Source: Myxococcota bacterium (GTDB taxonomy: Bacteria; Myxococcota_C; UBA6777). From it: a stretch of 64,000 nt of DNA. Below the pieces are notes generated by a model, which was given only the letters and a program-made list of their open reading frames with translations, searched no databases and was not told the DNA's origin. Of the stretch, positions 62,239 through 64,000 are shown one piece after another (the first letter of the stretch is position 1; the number at the start of each line of letters is the position of its first letter). Both the position numbers and the translations under genes were made by a program. The stretch covers positions 1 through 64,000 of the forward strand of contig JAKLKB010000001.1 of NCBI GenBank assembly GCA_023150835.1, given 5' to 3'.

Positions 62239-64000
62239 TCAGGGGGATGAGGGAGCCTCGTGGTAGTGTTTGGGACAAAGAGAGCAAGCGGCAGCCCACG
62301 GATCTTCGGCGTTTCGGATCACGTCGAAGGTGAAGGGCAAGAGCAGTTCAGAAACAAATTCGACGGGTTCGGGATCGGTGACGAGTTGGCGCAACAGCTT
62401 GATCGCGATGGGATACCAACGCGCACACTCGCCTTGCCATCGGATCTGGACGCGCTTGGTGGGCGTTTGCCGACCTTCGCGCAAGAAGTCGACTTCTTCG
62501 GCAAGAAGGCGCTCAAAGGTCTGCAAAGAGACGCGCTTGTGGGCGACTTCGGCCCAGAGTTCCCAGCGGGAGCGTTCGGTGGTGGCGAGGTCATCCATCA
62601 CACGAACGAAGACGCTTTCGCCCGAAGCGTTGGTCATGGCGGCAGGAAGGGCCACACAGCCGTTGCCACGCAGCCAATCGGCGAGATATTGTAGGGCTTG
62701 AAAGATATTGTAGCGGACTTCATCGGGATGATCGTTGGCGATCACATCGGATACAGCGAGATCTGCGGCGAGGATTCCGCGAAGATAAAGCGGATCATCT
62801 TCGGAGAGGCCAGAGATATCGGGACCGTCGACGAATCGGAGCAATGGCGCTTGTTCGGTGGGGCTTGGGACGAGTGCGCAGATCAGTTCGTGGAGATCGG
62901 TGCTTTGGGGATCGCGTTGGCGGCGTCGCCATGCTTCAACGAGCGCGATGCCGATCCGCACAAAGTTGGGGTGGGCGACCCAAAAGCCGTCGAGTCCACG
63001 TTTGAGTTGAGTGACGACATCTTTGATGTAGCCGACCATGCAAACCTCGAAGGATCGGGGATCGCCGTCTTCGTAAAGGATGCCGTACATTCCGCCGATC
63101 TTGATGCCTTGGATGGGCGAGAGTTCACGGACGAGCCGATCGTGGGAGGCTTTGATGCGGTTGATCACGATGTTGGGATCGGCTTTTACAGGGATGCGGT
63201 AGTTCGGGTCATGGCGGAATAGCCGAGCGGTCGAAGCAAGGAAGTCATGCCATCCAAGTGATCCGCCTAGAAAATACGGAGCGAGCGCCTCTGCGATCTC
63301 TCGAATGCGAAAGATCGCTCGTGGATGTTCAAAGACCACAAACAAACGGATCGAGCCGATCTTGTAGGAAGGATGGAGCGTTTGGAGTTGTTCTTCGGCA
63401 CAACGGATCAGGGTCTTGAAGTAGGCGGCTTCTTCTTCGCTTTCGAGCTTGGGGACGTAAAAGACCAAGGCTTCGGGATAACGCCAGTTGTGGAAGAGTT
63501 GAAGTGCAAAGTCCACGAGATGAAGCGGCAGAGGTTGACCGTGCCAAAGGTGGTGTCCATCGGGCAATGCCAGACCCGGGATGCGTTTGATGGCTTTGGC
63601 CAAGCCAGTAGAGGCGATGGCATAGTGACGTCCCGTCGTTGGGTCGTCATAGGTCAGCGATCCATCATAACAGCCGAGAAGATGGGCATTTGCGGCGAGT
63701 AGCGTTGGCGCGAGAGGGGTCATCGAGTCTTCGTTATCCGCGCCCCAGCGGGGCATCTGGCCGCTTTCTTCGACAAGCCGAGCGATGATCGCAGGTTCGT
63801 TCGGCAGGCGTCGATGCAGCGAATTCATCGCATTGATCGCCATGCGCGGATCATCAGGGGGGCCAAACAAGGTGATGTGTTCGCCTTGCATTGAGGGAGG
63901 GACGTCGACGGTGTGGGTTGGCAGAGGTTGTAAAGAAGGCCCAACAACGATGCGCCCGTTGTGATCGGGCTTTCCGATCACCGTTTCATAAGAGGCAGAA
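62239..64000 (-). CDS. Malate synthase-like protein, 5' end beyond the window
   Basis: YVPKLESEEEA, GLDGFWVAHP, WLRGNGCV and MDDLATTERSR. Frame stays open to 64000. Confidence 0.8.
   Translation of the reverse strand, partial: SASYETVIGKPDHNGRIVVGPSLQPLPTHTVDVPPSMQGEHITLFGPPDDPRMAINAMNSLHRRLPNEPAIIARLVEESGQMPRWGADNEDSMTPLAPTLLAANAHLLGCYDGSLTYDDPTTGRHYAIASTGLAKAIKRIPGLALPDGHHLWHGQPLPLHLVDFALQLFHNWRYPEALVFYVPKLESEEEAAYFKTLIRCAEEQLQTLHPSYKIGSIRLFVVFEHPRAIFRIREIAEALAPYFLGGSLGWHDFLASTARLFRHDPNYRIPVKADPNIVINRIKASHDRLVRELSPIQGIKIGGMYGILYEDGDPRSFEVCMVGYIKDVVTQLKRGLDGFWVAHPNFVRIGIALVEAWRRRQRDPQSTDLHELICALVPSPTEQAPLLRFVDGPDISGLSEDDPLYLRGILAADLAVSDVIANDHPDEVRYNIFQALQYLADWLRGNGCVALPAAMTNASGESVFVRVMDDLATTERSRWELWAEVAHKRVSLQTFERLLAEEVDFLREGRQTPTKRVQIRWQGECARWYPIAIKLLRQLVTDPEPVEFVSELLLPFTFDVIRNAEDPWAAACSLCPKHYHEAPSSP

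Overview
This 64-kb bacterial window has gene content suggesting a Myxococcota-like organism (inference from the Ser/Thr kinase, FHA, PEGA, TPR, VIT-vWA and Cys-rich metal-binding repeat proteins). Housekeeping blocks are: sulfite reductase + DUF934 + shikimate-kinase-like gene; TetR + etfBA; a DUF849 enzyme; ParA; and a purine-catabolism set split between a uraD-uraH fusion (12-13 kb) and malate synthase-like/puuD/allB/alc (58-64 kb). Two families of dispersed palindromic repeats (~113 bp and ~125 bp) occupy many intergenic gaps, and many proteins carry intragenic tandem repeats. The most striking observation is a putative RNA-protein system. A DUF2828-like (TROVE-like + vWA) gene at 22081-23673 is followed by two tRNA-like genes whose anticodon loops are replaced by a shared insert: an 18-nt palindromic hairpin with compensatory changes, followed by CACAGCAA. 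About 32 kb away (55722-55921, minus strand) lies an RNA that looks like a circular permutation of the same design, with two permuted tRNA modules in YrlA/Y-RNA-like topology. All calls were made by eye; no searches were run.
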